Virus record (IMG/VR): IMGVR_UViG_3300037493_003396
Span: 2,352 to 66,351 of that record
Direction: 5' to 3' (one strand)
DNA length: 64,000 bases
From: a virus
A program made the position numbers and the translations under genes. Each line of letters opens with the position of its first letter. The first letter of the stretch is position 1. The notes beneath the pieces are model-generated. The model made no database searches and was not told where the DNA came from. It saw only the letters and a program-made list of their open reading frames with translations. This document shows positions 49,088 through 58,382 of this stretch, in pieces.

Positions 49088-49559
49088 ATCTTGCCCCAAG
49101 CCGATTAAACCGCCGAAATTAAAGAAATGGGAAAAGGCAGTAAAAATCAAGAAGCCACTTTCAATAACTCAATTACGGTTGCAAGAAAAAAAAGAGATCA
49201 AGAAATTAACAATCCAAGTGAAGCAACTATGTTCTCATATCTGCCGGAAGATGTGGGGAGGGAAGTGTGCGGTCTGCGGGAAACCTGGAACCGCAGCGCA
49301 CCATTTCTTTGGGTGGAAAGCCTGCGCGGTATTACGGTTTACGTTAAACAATTTGATTTGGCTTTGTTACTACTGCCATATTGGTAAGGTTCATCAGCAG
49401 GGATTGACGGAGCCGGTACGGGTGAAGATCATTGAAAGAATCGGACAGGAAGCCTTTGACGCCATGTATGAAATAGCTTTTTCACCAAAGACATGGGGAT
49501 TAGAGGAATTGAAACTTATCAAATTAAGTCTTGAGGGATTATTAAATGAAACCAAGTAA
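49077..49559 (+). CDS. NinG-like/HNH recombination endonuclease
   Basis: CAVCG..AHHFF..LRFTLNNLIWLCYYCH. Confidence 0.75.
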   Translation: MERKSCPKPIKPPKLKKWEKAVKIKKPLSITQLRLQEKKEIKKLTIQVKQLCSHICRKMWGGKCAVCGKPGTAAHHFFGWKACAVLRFTLNNLIWLCYYCHIGKVHQQGLTEPVRVKIIERIGQEAFDAMYEIAFSPKTWGLEELKLIKLSLEGLLNETK

Positions 49560-49758
49560 TAATACCGGAGGTTATTCGTGTATGAAGTGTAACTCAACAA
49601 TAATTTATCTTTCAACAACCCCATTGGACAGGGGTGGTACGATGTCCTGTTTTAAATGCGGAGGTTCCGAAGACGCGGCAATCGGGATAGCGAAGGACGG
49701 CAAAAGAATAACCAAATACGGCAACGCTTCTATGTTTAAGGTGCAAGATGAGTCATAA
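49546..49758 (+). CDS. small zinc-ribbon protein
   Basis: CMKC..CFKC. Confidence 0.55.
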   Translation: MKPSNNTGGYSCMKCNSTIIYLSTTPLDRGGTMSCFKCGGSEDAAIGIAKDGKRITKYGNASMFKVQDES

Positions 49759-49776
49759 ATTTAAAGGAGTAATAAA

Positions 49777-50070
49777 ATGAAAACAACCGTGTATAAGTGT
49801 GATAGGTGTGGAGCAACAGATAGCAATAATGTTATTGATATACAAACAATCGGTGTTCACTGGGGGCAATACACTTTGCGCCAAGCCTACGCTTCTGATC
49901 AAAATAATGATTGGTGTCTTAAGTGTAGAAAAGAGATACTGGCAAGAGCTTCTGAAATTCTCGACGAGCCGGCGGAAAAAATAAATGCTAGTCTCCTGGA
50001 AAAAATAATTACCACTATTATTAAAAAAAATAGTGGGAGTAGAATGATGTGGAAAAAGGATGTTAGATGA
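49777..50070 (+). CDS. hypothetical protein (CDRC..CLKC)
   Basis: AAGGAG RBS. Confidence 0.7.
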   Translation: MKTTVYKCDRCGATDSNNVIDIQTIGVHWGQYTLRQAYASDQNNDWCLKCRKEILARASEILDEPAEKINASLLEKIITTIIKKNSGSRMMWKKDVR

Positions 50071-50318
50071 GCCATAAACTTTGCGATAAGTTCACCGGAG
50101 CGTACACTTGCCATAATTTCATCCAAAATGGCGGCTGTAAGCACCCAAGTATGTTTATGTGCCACATATATCAAGCAACCGGAAAACAGCCTGTAGAGGA
50201 TGACGTCCCTATTTATATCGGGGAAGTTTTAGAGACGTTCGAAGGTTCGACGGTTGTCAAGGAAGTTAATCCGGAGAGAAAAACAAAAAAGATGGAGGAT
50301 TATTTTGGAAAAATCTAA
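50067..50318 (+). CDS. hypothetical protein
   Basis: ATGA overlap, Cys-rich N-term. Confidence 0.6.
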   Translation: MSHKLCDKFTGAYTCHNFIQNGGCKHPSMFMCHIYQATGKQPVEDDVPIYIGEVLETFEGSTVVKEVNPERKTKKMEDYFGKI

Positions 50319-50928
50319 GGTAGTTTTTCACGAACAAACGCACCAATATACCTACGATGGGAAAAATGTTCCGTCTGTTTCAAGAATATTATTGGAAGAA
50401 GGTTTTATAAATACAACTTTTTTCACGGAGGAAGGCAGAAATAGGGGAACTGCCGCGCATAAAGCTATCGCTGTTTACTGTAGGGGGGCTCATTGTTTTA
50501 GAGATCCATCGCTGGAACCGTATCTTCAGGCATTTAAGAACTTTGAAAAGGATTGCGATTGGGAAAACGGTATAATTGAGGAGCCAATGGGTTGCCCACA
50601 ATATTGCGGAACGCCTGACAATATTGGATTGTTCCAAGGCGTAAGGACTGTGCTCGATGTAAAAACGGGAGGGATTTCTGCGGCAACTGGATTGCAACTG
50701 GCGGCTTATGAAAAATTGTATCGGATTACAACAGAAGAAAAATTATATCGGCAAGCACCCGTAAGAAAAATAATTAAGCGATATTCCCTCCAAGTTATGG
50801 ATACTGGAAGATATATGCTTACTGAATACAAAGAACCGACAGACGGGTATATTTGGGATAGTGCCGTAGCCCTTTGGTGGTGGAAGAAAAACAAAAACAT
50901 CACAAAGTCCTTGACAAAATGGGAGTGA
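50305..50928 (+). CDS. PD-(D/E)XK exonuclease-like protein
   Basis: HQYTYDG.NVPSVSRIL, RGTAAH, YCGTPD, LDVKTG, LQLAAY. Confidence 0.85.
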   Translation: MEKSKVVFHEQTHQYTYDGKNVPSVSRILLEEGFINTTFFTEEGRNRGTAAHKAIAVYCRGAHCFRDPSLEPYLQAFKNFEKDCDWENGIIEEPMGCPQYCGTPDNIGLFQGVRTVLDVKTGGISAATGLQLAAYEKLYRITTEEKLYRQAPVRKIIKRYSLQVMDTGRYMLTEYKEPTDGYIWDSAVALWWWKKNKNITKSLTKWE

Positions 50929-50939
50929 GTTACTAAGTT
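50911..50939 (+). promoter_or_regulatory. promoter of antirepressor unit
   Basis: TTGACA-17 bp-TAAGTT. Confidence 0.55.
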
Positions 50940-51065
50940 AGAAATGCGATGAGGAACCCAAATGAAAAATAAAGCCAATATTAAGTCCCGTATTTACAGT
51001 GAGTCCGTCAAAAGCCTCATCGCAAACTGTTTTGCGGGATTTTTTATTGGCGTTAAGGAGATATT

Positions 51066-51722
51066 ATGAATGAGTTAATCAAGATAGGAACAACAGAATT
51101 AGAGGGGCAGACCATTCAAACGGTAAACGCCAGAGAACTTTATGAATTCTTAGAAAGCAAGCGAAAATTTTCTGATTGGATTAAAGAACGCATTGAACTC
51201 TACGACTTCATAGAAAACAAAGATTATGTTAAACACAAAATTGTGACTCAATATAATCAAGTAGATAGGATTGATTATCATATTAGTTTCGACATGGCAA
51301 AAGAGATTTCAATGGTTGAGAGAAATGATAAAGGGAAGCAAGCTCGCCAGTATTTTATTGAATGTGAAAAGAAATTGAGAGCAATAGTTCCTACGCTTAC
51401 GCCACTGGACATGATTATTCAAACTGCAAAGCACATTCAAAACCTTGAAAACAGGGTAAAGGCAATCGAAGATCGTCCGCAGCTAGTCACTAATGCGCCA
51501 AGCGAATACTTTTCTATACTTGGTTATTGCCGGAATATTGGCATTCAGGCGGAACCGATTCAAGCCATGCGGTGGGGGAAGGCGTGTAGTCAACTTTGTC
51601 GTGATAATTGTTATACTATCGGGAAAGTAAATGACACACGGTATGGCTCGGTTGGAACTTATCCGTTGATAGTATTGCAAGAAATTATTGGAGAGGGAAA
51701 ACAACCAGATAGTGATTTATAA
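51066..51722 (+). CDS. AntA/AntB family antirepressor
   Basis: VNARELYEFLES..FSDWIKERI, DMAKEISMVERNDKGKQARQYFIECEK. Confidence 0.92.
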   Translation: MNELIKIGTTELEGQTIQTVNARELYEFLESKRKFSDWIKERIELYDFIENKDYVKHKIVTQYNQVDRIDYHISFDMAKEISMVERNDKGKQARQYFIECEKKLRAIVPTLTPLDMIIQTAKHIQNLENRVKAIEDRPQLVTNAPSEYFSILGYCRNIGIQAEPIQAMRWGKACSQLCRDNCYTIGKVNDTRYGSVGTYPLIVLQEIIGEGKQPDSDL

Positions 51723-51781
51723 AAAAATAACACACCTGTTTAAACTAGGTAGCAATTTATACAAAAAAGAGGGGGTAGTTC

Positions 51782-52411
51782 ATGGCTGATGATATAGGAG
51801 AAAAAGCTTTAACAGTAGTCAATGAGGCACGGGGTATTGTGATTAATACCAACGAAGATTTAGAGAGAGCCATTGCGCTATGGGAGGCATTGGACACGGC
51901 TAAGAAAACACTCGCTAAGAGATACAACGGACTGATCGCAAAGGCTTACGATCTCTGGAAATTCAATCTTGCTGAGAAAGCCCAGTATTATGTTCCTGTG
52001 ACAGAAGTTGCCGCCATTGTAAAACTGCGGATAGCCGAATACAAAAGGCTGAAAGAAGAAGAACGTAAGGTTGAAGAATCCCGCCTTTATACGGAAGCTG
52101 TAAAACAAACAGAAGAAATGAGATTACGGCAGGCGGAAGAAAATCCCGATCAGGCAGAGGAGATTCTTGCCGAGCCGATACTTGTGGCTCCGGTGATTAT
52201 TCCGAAAGACATTCCAACGGGTGGTCCGGTTTCCAGAGAAATATGGGATTGTGAAGTTGTTGATTTTCCCGCCCTGATAAAAGCTGTAGCGGAGGGAAGT
52301 GTTGATGAGTTGGCTCTTGAGCCCAACACAAAGTTTTTAAAACAGCAGGCGACCAGTTTCAAATCAAAATTGAGTATAGCCGGCTGTAAACCTGTATCGA
52401 GGTTAGTATGA
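51782..52411 (+). CDS. coiled-coil phage protein of recombination module
   Basis: Long helix then W..EVVDF..L motif. Confidence 0.7.
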   Translation: MADDIGEKALTVVNEARGIVINTNEDLERAIALWEALDTAKKTLAKRYNGLIAKAYDLWKFNLAEKAQYYVPVTEVAAIVKLRIAEYKRLKEEERKVEESRLYTEAVKQTEEMRLRQAEENPDQAEEILAEPILVAPVIIPKDIPTGGPVSREIWDCEVVDFPALIKAVAEGSVDELALEPNTKFLKQQATSFKSKLSIAGCKPVSRLV

Positions 52412-53481
52412 TATCTTATACAAAGCCATCTATAACTACAGCAGAAGCAATAAGTGTTCAAACCGCAATGGTGAACGATGTTAGCAACCATTGTTACGAC
52501 AGCATTATTACCTTTGAACGCAACTTTGCCAAATATCTTGGGGTTAAATATGCCCATGCTACTTCATCATGCACCGGAGCATTACATCTTGGATTGGCGG
52601 CTCTTGGAATCGGGCAGAGTGATGAGGTTATTCTTGCCGATACAAATTGGATAGCCACCGCCGCGCCGATAGTTTATCTTGGGGCAAAGCCTGTATTTGT
52701 GGACATAGATCCGTTGACTTGGACAATAAACCCAGGGAAAATCGCCGTGACCAAAAAAACCAAAGCTATCATCGCGACTCACCTTTACGGAAATGTCTGC
52801 CGGATGAAGGAACTTTTAAGAATAGGTAAGAAATACGGAATACCTGTTATTGAGGATGCCGCAGAAGCGATCGGTTCTTCTTATTACGGTCAGAAGTGTG
52901 GGAGCATGGGTAAATTCGGAGTGTTCAGTTTCCACGGAACCAAGACAATGACCACCGGAGAGGGTGGGATGTTCGTTACCAACGACAAAAAGCTTTATGA
53001 GAAAGTCGTGCAGTTAAACAACCACGGCAGGGCGCCACAGGATAAACAGTTTAGACCATCGATTATCGGGTACAAATACAAGATGTCAAATCTTCAGGCG
53101 GCGCTCGGGTGTGCGCAACTGAATAGGATTGATGAATTGGTCAGAAGAAAAAGAGAAATATTTTATGATTACGCCAATCTTCTTCCGACTAAAATCCATC
53201 TTAATTTTGTCCAGGACAACTGCCAAAGTGGATATTGGATGCCCACAATCCAAAGCGATAAAGTATGCCGTGATAAGTTTATAGAAGCGTTCGCGATAGC
53301 CGGCATAGACGCGCGGGTTTTCTTTTATCCTCTTTCAAGTTTGCCGATGTTCAAAAAACAACCGAGGAACCACCATGCTTATGATATTTGCCGGAGAGCA
53401 TTTAATCTCCCCAGTTACCACGATATGACATTTGAAGATCAGGTTAAGGTAGCCAACGTAGTTAAGGAGGTTTTAAAGTGA
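52408..53481 (+). CDS. DegT/DnrJ/EryC1/StrS PLP sugar aminotransferase (perosamine synthase-like)
   Basis: SSCTGALHL, IEDAAEA, FSFHGTKTMTTGEGG. Confidence 0.95.
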   Translation: MISYTKPSITTAEAISVQTAMVNDVSNHCYDSIITFERNFAKYLGVKYAHATSSCTGALHLGLAALGIGQSDEVILADTNWIATAAPIVYLGAKPVFVDIDPLTWTINPGKIAVTKKTKAIIATHLYGNVCRMKELLRIGKKYGIPVIEDAAEAIGSSYYGQKCGSMGKFGVFSFHGTKTMTTGEGGMFVTNDKKLYEKVVQLNNHGRAPQDKQFRPSIIGYKYKMSNLQAALGCAQLNRIDELVRRKREIFYDYANLLPTKIHLNFVQDNCQSGYWMPTIQSDKVCRDKFIEAFAIAGIDARVFFYPLSSLPMFKKQPRNHHAYDICRRAFNLPSYHDMTFEDQVKVANVVKEVLK

Positions 53482-54191
53482 AATTACTTTTGATGGCTCA
53501 CGACATTGTGGGATTTAAAATTACCAAATGGCTGGCAGAAAACTACCGAACCGATCTTTATTTAGTTGTGGTGAAAGACAAAAGCCCTGTTGGTGATTTG
53601 TGCGCTGAGTGGGGGATTCCGTGGTCAACCCAAGAACCTCCGTATGGAGAGTTTGATCTTGGTATAACTGCCTGGTGGCCGGACATAATAAAAGAACCGC
53701 TTTTATCCCTTCCAAAAAACGGGTGGATAAATACACATCCCAGTTATTTACCTTATTGCAGGGGCAAACATTCTTCTTTCTGGGCGATAGTCGAACAAGT
53801 CCCTTATGGGGTGAGCCTCAACAAAATAGGTGAGGGAATTGATGATGGTCCGGTTGTGTCCCAAAGAAAAATACCGATAACATGGGAAGATACCGGAGAA
53901 ACTCTTTATCTAAAAGCCTGTAAAGAAATGGTTGACCTATTTATTTCAACTTATCCGAAGATAAGGACATTGGATTTTCCTACTACGGAACAGCGGGTAT
54001 CTTTTCGTGGGAGCTATCATCATTCACAAGATTTAGTTGGTGGGAAGTTTCTTGATACTTATGGGGAGGATAGCGTAAAAGATATTTTAAACAAAATCCG
54101 CGCAGGGACTTTTACCGGAAGACCGGCTTGTTGGTTTGAAGAAGATGGAATTTCTTATGAAGTAAGGGTTGATATAAGGAGGGTAAAATGA
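53478..54191 (+). CDS. sugar N-formyltransferase
   Basis: INTHPSYLPYCRG, GIDDGPV. Confidence 0.88.
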   Translation: MKLLLMAHDIVGFKITKWLAENYRTDLYLVVVKDKSPVGDLCAEWGIPWSTQEPPYGEFDLGITAWWPDIIKEPLLSLPKNGWINTHPSYLPYCRGKHSSFWAIVEQVPYGVSLNKIGEGIDDGPVVSQRKIPITWEDTGETLYLKACKEMVDLFISTYPKIRTLDFPTTEQRVSFRGSYHHSQDLVGGKFLDTYGEDSVKDILNKIRAGTFTGRPACWFEEDGISYEVRVDIRRVK

Positions 54192-54868
54192 ATATGATCA
54201 CGGGAATAAAGTTCCCATTTCCAACCCGCAAGATCGTCTTGCCGATTATGACGGAAAGCAAATTTATCGGTTATCTTGTTCCGGTAGATCATCAAATGTG
54301 CAATTCACGTTTTATATCTGAAGTCTTCAGCCAATGGCGGAACAAACACATGGATTGCTTTTTAAGCAGTTTTCCCGCGACTCCACAACGGACGAGAAAT
54401 TGGCTGAATAATGTTTATCTCCCTGACCCTGACCGGATCTTATTCGCGGGATATTCTTATCCTGAATTTGAATTAGTTTGCCATTATGGAATGGACAACG
54501 TAACAGATACGCACGCTGAAATGGATAATGGTTTAAGGGGTAACCCTACCGGCGCAAAAGGATTTATGACCTATATGGAAATAGCCCTTCTTTCTTTAAT
54601 GTTTGGGATGACATCAATCCACACGGTCAATCTTTATATTTTGTCCGACAATGAGCCGGTAAAAAGATGGCATGAAAGAGTTGGGTACACTTATGGCAAA
54701 GTCCACAAGCTGACGGAAGAAGTCAAGGGCGATACAACATATTTAGTTCCTGACGGGAAAGGAAAGCCGGTTGATGTTGAATATTGGGAAATGGTTATTA
54801 CCAAAGAACAACTTGTAGCAAAACACCCGTGGGTGAAAAATACATACGCATGGAGGGACAATGGATAA
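54188..54868 (+). CDS. GNAT-family N-acyltransferase (PseH-like)
   Basis: WRN..TRNWL, EMDNGLRG, LYILSDNEPVKRWHERVGY. Confidence 0.75.
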   Translation: MNMITGIKFPFPTRKIVLPIMTESKFIGYLVPVDHQMCNSRFISEVFSQWRNKHMDCFLSSFPATPQRTRNWLNNVYLPDPDRILFAGYSYPEFELVCHYGMDNVTDTHAEMDNGLRGNPTGAKGFMTYMEIALLSLMFGMTSIHTVNLYILSDNEPVKRWHERVGYTYGKVHKLTEEVKGDTTYLVPDGKGKPVDVEYWEMVITKEQLVAKHPWVKNTYAWRDNG

Positions 54869-55526
54869 AAGGGCTCTGCAATTTATTAACGACACCGCAA
54901 AAGAAAAATACAGTTATAACTTTGAATGGCTTGGGCGACCAATAATCCAATTTCCACAGGATATGATCGGCATTCAAGAAGTGATCTGGAGAGTCAAACC
55001 TGATTATGTGATTGAAACAGGTGTAGCTCATGGCGGAGGACTTATATTTTATGCCAGTATTCTTGAAGCAATGGGGCATGGTGAGGTCATAGGAATAGAT
55101 ATAGACATCCGCGCCCATAACCTTGAAGCCATCGCCAAACACCGCATGAGCAAACGAATAACACTATATGAAGGCAGCAGCACGAACCCCGAACTATTTA
55201 AAAGAGTTTCTAAAAAGGTCGGCAAGAAATCAACAGTAATGGTTATTTTGGATTCCAACCATACCCACGCCCATGTATATGATGAACTTCTGATGTATTC
55301 GGATTTAGTTTCAAAGGGCTCGTACCTGATCGTCCTTGATACGATAATTCAGTTTATGCCCCCAGGGTCTTTCCCTGATCGCCCGTGGGATTATAACGAC
55401 AACCCGTGGACAGCAGTTCAATTTTTTCTCGGGCAGACAGATCTGTTTGAAGTGGATGAGAAACTTGAAAAGGAATTGATGATAACCACCGCGCCAGGAG
55501 GTTATCTCCGCAGAATTGATAAGTAA
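54861..55526 (+). CDS. CmcI/cephalosporin hydroxylase-like O-methyltransferase
   Basis: WLGRPIIQFPQD, IETGVAHGG, VILDSNHTHAHV. Confidence 0.92.
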   Translation: MDKRALQFINDTAKEKYSYNFEWLGRPIIQFPQDMIGIQEVIWRVKPDYVIETGVAHGGGLIFYASILEAMGHGEVIGIDIDIRAHNLEAIAKHRMSKRITLYEGSSTNPELFKRVSKKVGKKSTVMVILDSNHTHAHVYDELLMYSDLVSKGSYLIVLDTIIQFMPPGSFPDRPWDYNDNPWTAVQFFLGQTDLFEVDEKLEKELMITTAPGGYLRRIDK

Positions 55527-55555
55527 CGGTGCATACAGCACCAGAAGGAGGGAGT

Positions 55556-55930
55556 ATGAACTTAGAATTAATATATAAGTATATGGGGTGGTGTGAGAAA
55601 TGCAAAAAGTGCAATCCTAATATTCATCATAATAGAGAAGTATGCGCTCGTGATGAAATGGATTCTAATAAGGCATGGGAATGTGTGCAGGAGATGGAGA
55701 AACAAGGTCACGCTGATGAATTTGAAACATACCTATATACTTGTTGGTGTGATGCCAAAGTACTACAATGTCAATTAGTATGGGAGAAGAACCCCACCAA
55801 CTTCTTCTCATGTATGGGAGCATGGCTTGAAGGGAGAGAAGATAAGTGTGAGGTTAATCCTTTTTTAAGTTGTGTATGTTCTAAAGGGACTAAATGCTGC
55901 GATAAACAGCACCAGAAGGAGGGAGTATGA
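55556..55930 (+). CDS. hypothetical protein flanked by 26-bp direct repeats
   Basis: ORF track; GGAGGGAG RBS. Confidence 0.7.
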   Translation: MNLELIYKYMGWCEKCKKCNPNIHHNREVCARDEMDSNKAWECVQEMEKQGHADEFETYLYTCWCDAKVLQCQLVWEKNPTNFFSCMGAWLEGREDKCEVNPFLSCVCSKGTKCCDKQHQKEGV

Positions 55931-56100
55931 ATAAAGACTTTAAACTTAACAATATGGAAAAGAATGAACTTATCGAAACATATTATAAATTCCGAAAGCG
56001 ATTATGGGATATAGTCGGGGAGTGTATGTTAGGGAAGACCGATTCAGATAAGTTATTGGAAATTGAAAAGTTGTTGTTGGATATAGAGAAGGAGGGATGA
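55927..56100 (+). CDS. small hypothetical protein (57 aa)
   Basis: Hand-translated MNKDFKLNNM..., same RBS repeat. Confidence 0.6.
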   Translation: MNKDFKLNNMEKNELIETYYKFRKRLWDIVGECMLGKTDSDKLLEIEKLLLDIEKEG

Positions 56101-56166
56101 TATGACAGATATTAAATCTATGAGGAATGTAATTCATCAGATGTGATGTCCCGTGTTTGTTCATGT

Positions 56167-56221
56167 CACTATCGTATAGATCAGCGGATGCGTAGCAGTC
56201 CGCTGGATTGATAGGTTATAA
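56167..56221 (-). mobile_element. attC-like recombination site 1
   Basis: Minus strand TTATAAC-5-AATCCAGC-hairpin-GCTGATC-5-GATAGTG. Confidence 0.6.
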
Positions 56222-56244
56222 ATTTTATTGAGGATTTTTGCAAC

Positions 56245-57039
56245 ATGTTAATAAATGACCACTTTCAGAATTTCAAGGTTTACGGAATACCCAAAGCGCA
56301 GCTTGTAATTGCTGACATACCTTATAACGTGGGTATAAACGCTTATGGTTCAAATCCGTCTTGGTACATTGACGGCGACAACAAGAACGGACAGAGCAAA
56401 CTTGCAGGGACAGGCTTTTTTGACACGGATAAGGATTTTAAACCAGCCGAGTTTATGCACTTTTGCAGTAAGATGTTGAGGCCAGAACCAAAAGAAAAAG
56501 GCGCAGCGCCGTGCATGATTGTCTTTTGTGAATTTGAACAACAATTTTATCTTATTGAGTTAGCCCGTAAATACGGAATAAATAATTACATCAACTTGGT
56601 TTTCAGGAAAAACTTTTCCGCACAGGTATTAAAGGCAAATATGCGGGTTGTTGGAAATGCTGAATACGCGCTTTTGCTTTACCGTGACAAATTGCCGAAG
56701 TTTAACAATAACGGAAAAATGATTTTCAATGTGATGGATTGGACAAAAGACACAGGAAGCGAAAAAATACACCCGACACAGAAACCAGTTGGCCTTTTAA
56801 AACACCTTATACAAATTTTTACAGACGAGGGCGATGTTGTGATTGACCCCGTTGCGGGTAGTGCTTCAACACTTATCGCCGCGATTGAATGCAATAGAAA
56901 AGCCTTTGGGTTTGAGATTAAAAAAGATTTTTATGCCAAAGCAAAGCAATGGGTAGATCGCACGGAGGCGCAAGGCCAATTGTTTAAAGGGCATCATCGG
57001 CGTGAATATAAGCATGGAGTGCAACAGGTTATTGTTTGA
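56245..57039 (+). CDS. DNA N6-A/N4-C methyltransferase (beta class)
   Basis: DIPY catalytic motif, HPTQKPV, DPVAGSAST, GFEIK. Confidence 0.93.
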   Translation: MLINDHFQNFKVYGIPKAQLVIADIPYNVGINAYGSNPSWYIDGDNKNGQSKLAGTGFFDTDKDFKPAEFMHFCSKMLRPEPKEKGAAPCMIVFCEFEQQFYLIELARKYGINNYINLVFRKNFSAQVLKANMRVVGNAEYALLLYRDKLPKFNNNGKMIFNVMDWTKDTGSEKIHPTQKPVGLLKHLIQIFTDEGDVVIDPVAGSASTLIAAIECNRKAFGFEIKKDFYAKAKQWVDRTEAQGQLFKGHHRREYKHGVQQVIV

Positions 57040-57042
57040 TAT

Positions 57043-57090
57043 TTATAACGACAAGTTGAGCCGCTTGTCGGCTGGATTGACTGGTTATTA
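57043..57090 (-). mobile_element. attC-like recombination site 2
   Basis: Minus strand TAATAAC-5-AATCCAGC-CGACAAGCG-GCTCAAC-5-GTTATAA. Confidence 0.6.
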
Positions 57091-57102
57091 AAGGAGTTTA
57101 TT

Positions 57103-57885
57103 ATGTTACAAGTAGTCATACTTTGTGGTGGTACCGGAACTAGACTTAAAGAAATGACAGAATTTACGCCCAAAGCTTTAATATCCATCGGTGGAAAACC
57201 CGTGATCTTCCATATAATGAAACACTATTCTTCATTCGGGTTTAATAGTTTTGTCTTGGCTTTGGGGTATAAACAGGAAGCCTTTAAGAACTACTTTGCC
57301 CATTACAATGAGATAAATTACGATCTATTTCTTGATGCCCAGGGGCTTCGTGGTCAATATCAGATACACGATAAAGATGTTTATGCAACCGGATATGATA
57401 TTGTACTTTCCGATACCGGAGAAAATACTTTAAAGGGTGGACGGCTGAAAAGGATAGAAAAATACATTACCGGAGATACCTTTATGCTGACCTACGGGGA
57501 CGCTGTTTCCGATGTGGACATACCTGAGCTTTTAAATTTCCACAAAAACCACGGCAAGTTGATCACGATTACCGGAGTAAATCCAAGACCGAGATTCGGG
57601 GAGGTAATTCATCAGGACGGCAGGGTGCTTCAATTCAAAGAAAAACAACAGAACTCCACCATGATAAACGGCGGGTTTATGGTAATGAACCGAGGGATAT
57701 TTGATTATTTAGATAATGATTGCGATCTTGAACTCGGACCATTTGAAAGGTTAGTTGAAAAAGAAGAATTGATGGTATATCACCACACAGGATTTTGGCG
57801 GTGTATGGACACGATGAATGACATGGTAGAATTAAATAAAATGTGGGATGAGGAAACACAATCTTTTAGGAGGGAATATGTTTAA
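57103..57885 (+). CDS. rfbF: glucose-1-phosphate cytidylyltransferase
   Basis: ILCGGTGTRLKEMT..PK, DTGENTLKGGRLKR, FMLTYGD, GFWRCMDT. Confidence 0.93.
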   Translation: MLQVVILCGGTGTRLKEMTEFTPKALISIGGKPVIFHIMKHYSSFGFNSFVLALGYKQEAFKNYFAHYNEINYDLFLDAQGLRGQYQIHDKDVYATGYDIVLSDTGENTLKGGRLKRIEKYITGDTFMLTYGDAVSDVDIPELLNFHKNHGKLITITGVNPRPRFGEVIHQDGRVLQFKEKQQNSTMINGGFMVMNRGIFDYLDNDCDLELGPFERLVEKEELMVYHHTGFWRCMDTMNDMVELNKMWDEETQSFRREYV

Positions 57886-57929
57886 AATAATCCTTGACTA
57901 TAATACATTTATTATGATAAGGAGTATTC

Positions 57930-58094
57930 ATGGAAATAACAATCAATAAACTCAAGTGCCGGAGGTGTTCCCATGAATGGATTGCTCGAAAAAGCAAGGT
58001 TGCAGTTTGCCCACGATGCCACAGTTCTTGCTGGAATAGAGAACGGAAGCGTGCGGGTAATACCCCTAACGCAAGGTTTGGTAACGGTGGTTGA
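57930..58094 (+). CDS. small zinc-ribbon protein (54 aa)
   Basis: Hand-translated MEITINKLKCRRCSHEW..VCPRCHSSCWN, AAGGAG RBS. Confidence 0.65.
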   Translation: MEITINKLKCRRCSHEWIARKSKVAVCPRCHSSCWNRERKRAGNTPNARFGNGG

Positions 58095-58382
58095 TGCCGA
58101 TGATAGTAATTTTTCTGATTGGAAGTGGCATATCCGTAAGGGGAGATATACGGTGTACCCAGCGCGATGGGTAGATGTTGTGGGGAGAGCCACCAAGACA
58201 CCACTTACTTTACATAGAGATTCAATAAATGGCATGCCCAAATAAGTTACGGAGGCAAGGTGCGGCATTGTGGCTATTATTTAACCGCCGAAGAAGCCGC
58301 GCTTGCATATGATAAACAATCTTTATTGCTATGGGGAGAGAATGCTTTTTTAAATTTCCCAGAAAGGAAAGAGAATGTATAG
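58051..58382 (+). pseudogene. HNH-AP2 endonuclease remnant lacking the HNH core
   Basis: IPLTQG..VD..WKWH..LHR then, in another frame, KWHAQI..GYYLTAEEAALAYD..WGENAFLNFP. Confidence 0.75.
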
